From assembly GCA_963665815.1 (NCBI GenBank), contig OY762463.1:3584001-3648000 (forward strand): a stretch of 64,000 nt of DNA, in the 5' to 3' direction. The stretch's first letter is position 1. Each line of letters opens with the position of its first letter. Both the position numbers and the translations under genes were made by a program. The notes below the pieces were generated by a model, which searched no databases, was not told where the DNA came from, and was given only the letters and a program-made list of their open reading frames with translations. This document shows, in pieces, positions 63,190-64,000 of this stretch. Origin of the DNA: Candidatus Cloacimonadales bacterium. GTDB taxonomy: Bacteria > Cloacimonadota > Cloacimonadia > Cloacimonadales > JAIOQZ01.

Positions 63190-63600
63190 TTATCCTCCAT
63201 ATTTTGATTTTACAATTGAAATGAGAAAATTGATACAACTCCCCTAAGGGAGTAAAAGGAAAATTGTATTGCGAATATATTTTTTATTTTGTATCATAAT
63301 GGTCAAAGAATTAGATTCCAGTATTTTGTCAATTATTTCCTATTTCAAAATCCACTCTCTCGATTTTGCATTAAGCCTTACAATAAATTTATAAATATCA
63401 AACATATAAAAAAGTAATTACATAGTGTATTAAAAAAAATAGAATATTTACGGAGGATTAGTGACCAGGAACAGGAAGCATGAAAATGGTGATAAGCTGA
63501 TGAAAGAGGAATATAGCTTTAACAAAGGTTGTGAATTGTTTAATAATGGAGATTAATTCCGTTTCTACGGTTTCTCAAAATAACTCAATTCCCCAAAAAC

Positions 63601-63698
63601 AAAAAAACAGCCTCCCGAATGAGAGGCTGTTATAGAAGTTTAATTTACACACCATTCCAAAGGTTCTGAGACCATTTGGAAGGTCTGAAACATCTGAG
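63601..63698 (-). repeat. 3' unit copy 5 (after gene E): palindrome 63644-63690 plus terminator 63601-63631
   Basis: Coding strand tttcagaccttccaaatggtctcagaacctttggaatggtgtgtaaa ... aacagcctctcattcgggaggctgttttttt. Confidence 0.92.
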
Positions 63699-64000
63699 TT
63701 ATTTAAGCATCAGCATTTTCTTAGTTTGTGATACTTCAGAGGTTTGCAGTCTGTAGAAGTATACTCCACTTGAAACTGAGTTTCCTCTGTCATCTTTACC
63801 ATTCCAGGTAACCTTATGGTTATCTGCTTCCATTTCTTCACTTACAAGTGTTCTTACTTTCTGTCCGTTAATATTGTAGACAGCAAGTTCTACATTTCCG
63901 GCTTTCTTAAGTGAGAATTCGATGTGTGTAGTTGGATTGAATGGGTTAGGATAGTTACCTTTAAGTTCTGTAACAAGATTCACATCATCAGGATCGTTTG
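63699..64000 (-). CDS. Gene E: C-terminal FlgD-Ig/CTD of a fifth family member, truncated by window edge
   Basis: NDPDDVNLVTELKGNYPNPFNP...KKMLMLK*, nearly identical to B/C/D. Confidence 0.9.
   Translation of the reverse strand, partial: NDPDDVNLVTELKGNYPNPFNPTTHIEFSLKKAGNVELAVYNINGQKVRTLVSEEMEADNHKVTWNGKDDRGNSVSSGVYFYRLQTSEVSQTKKMLMLK

Noticed and set aside
63190..63540. T-box or other leader RNA upstream of leuS; small hairpin actccc-ctaa-gggagt at 63238-63253
   Set aside because: No T-box consensus or terminator/antiterminator pair seen; a lone 6-bp stem is insufficient.

Overview
AT-rich bacterial chromosomal window. Several genes end in the FlgD-Ig/'PNPFNP...KKMLMLK' C-terminal sorting domain and the gene set is Gram-negative (waaA), which points to Cloacimonadota or a related FCB lineage (inference). 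The housekeeping backbone comprises ileS, waaA, rpsT, ftsY, addAB-like genes, rluD, ktrAB, adk, two MCPs with cheW, yigZ, trxA, an ABC-F gene, argF, a GT2 and leuS. Five paralogous genes for large secreted modular proteins interrupt it: A 869-4841 (-), B 18372-23003 (+), C 43905-51074 (+), D 52162-57627 (-) and E, partial at the right edge. A-D are different combinations of three subtypes of MAM-like jelly-roll module alternating with Fn3-like linkers on a common stalk; all five share a nearly identical C-terminal domain. Patchy near-identity between the paralogs suggests recent gene conversion or module shuffling. Every member is followed by the same non-coding unit: a ~45-nt bulged palindrome (core TCCAAATGGT-N6-ACCTTTGGAATG) and then a shared terminator, bracketed in three copies by a short inverted repeat that overlaps the stop codon. 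Gene A has a +1 frameshift in an A7 run inside its sorting domain. The 1.1-kb C-D spacer is a patchwork of repeats. I could not recognise any recombinase, reverse transcriptase, transposase, CRISPR array, tRNA or rRNA in the window, so the mechanistic ideas are inference.
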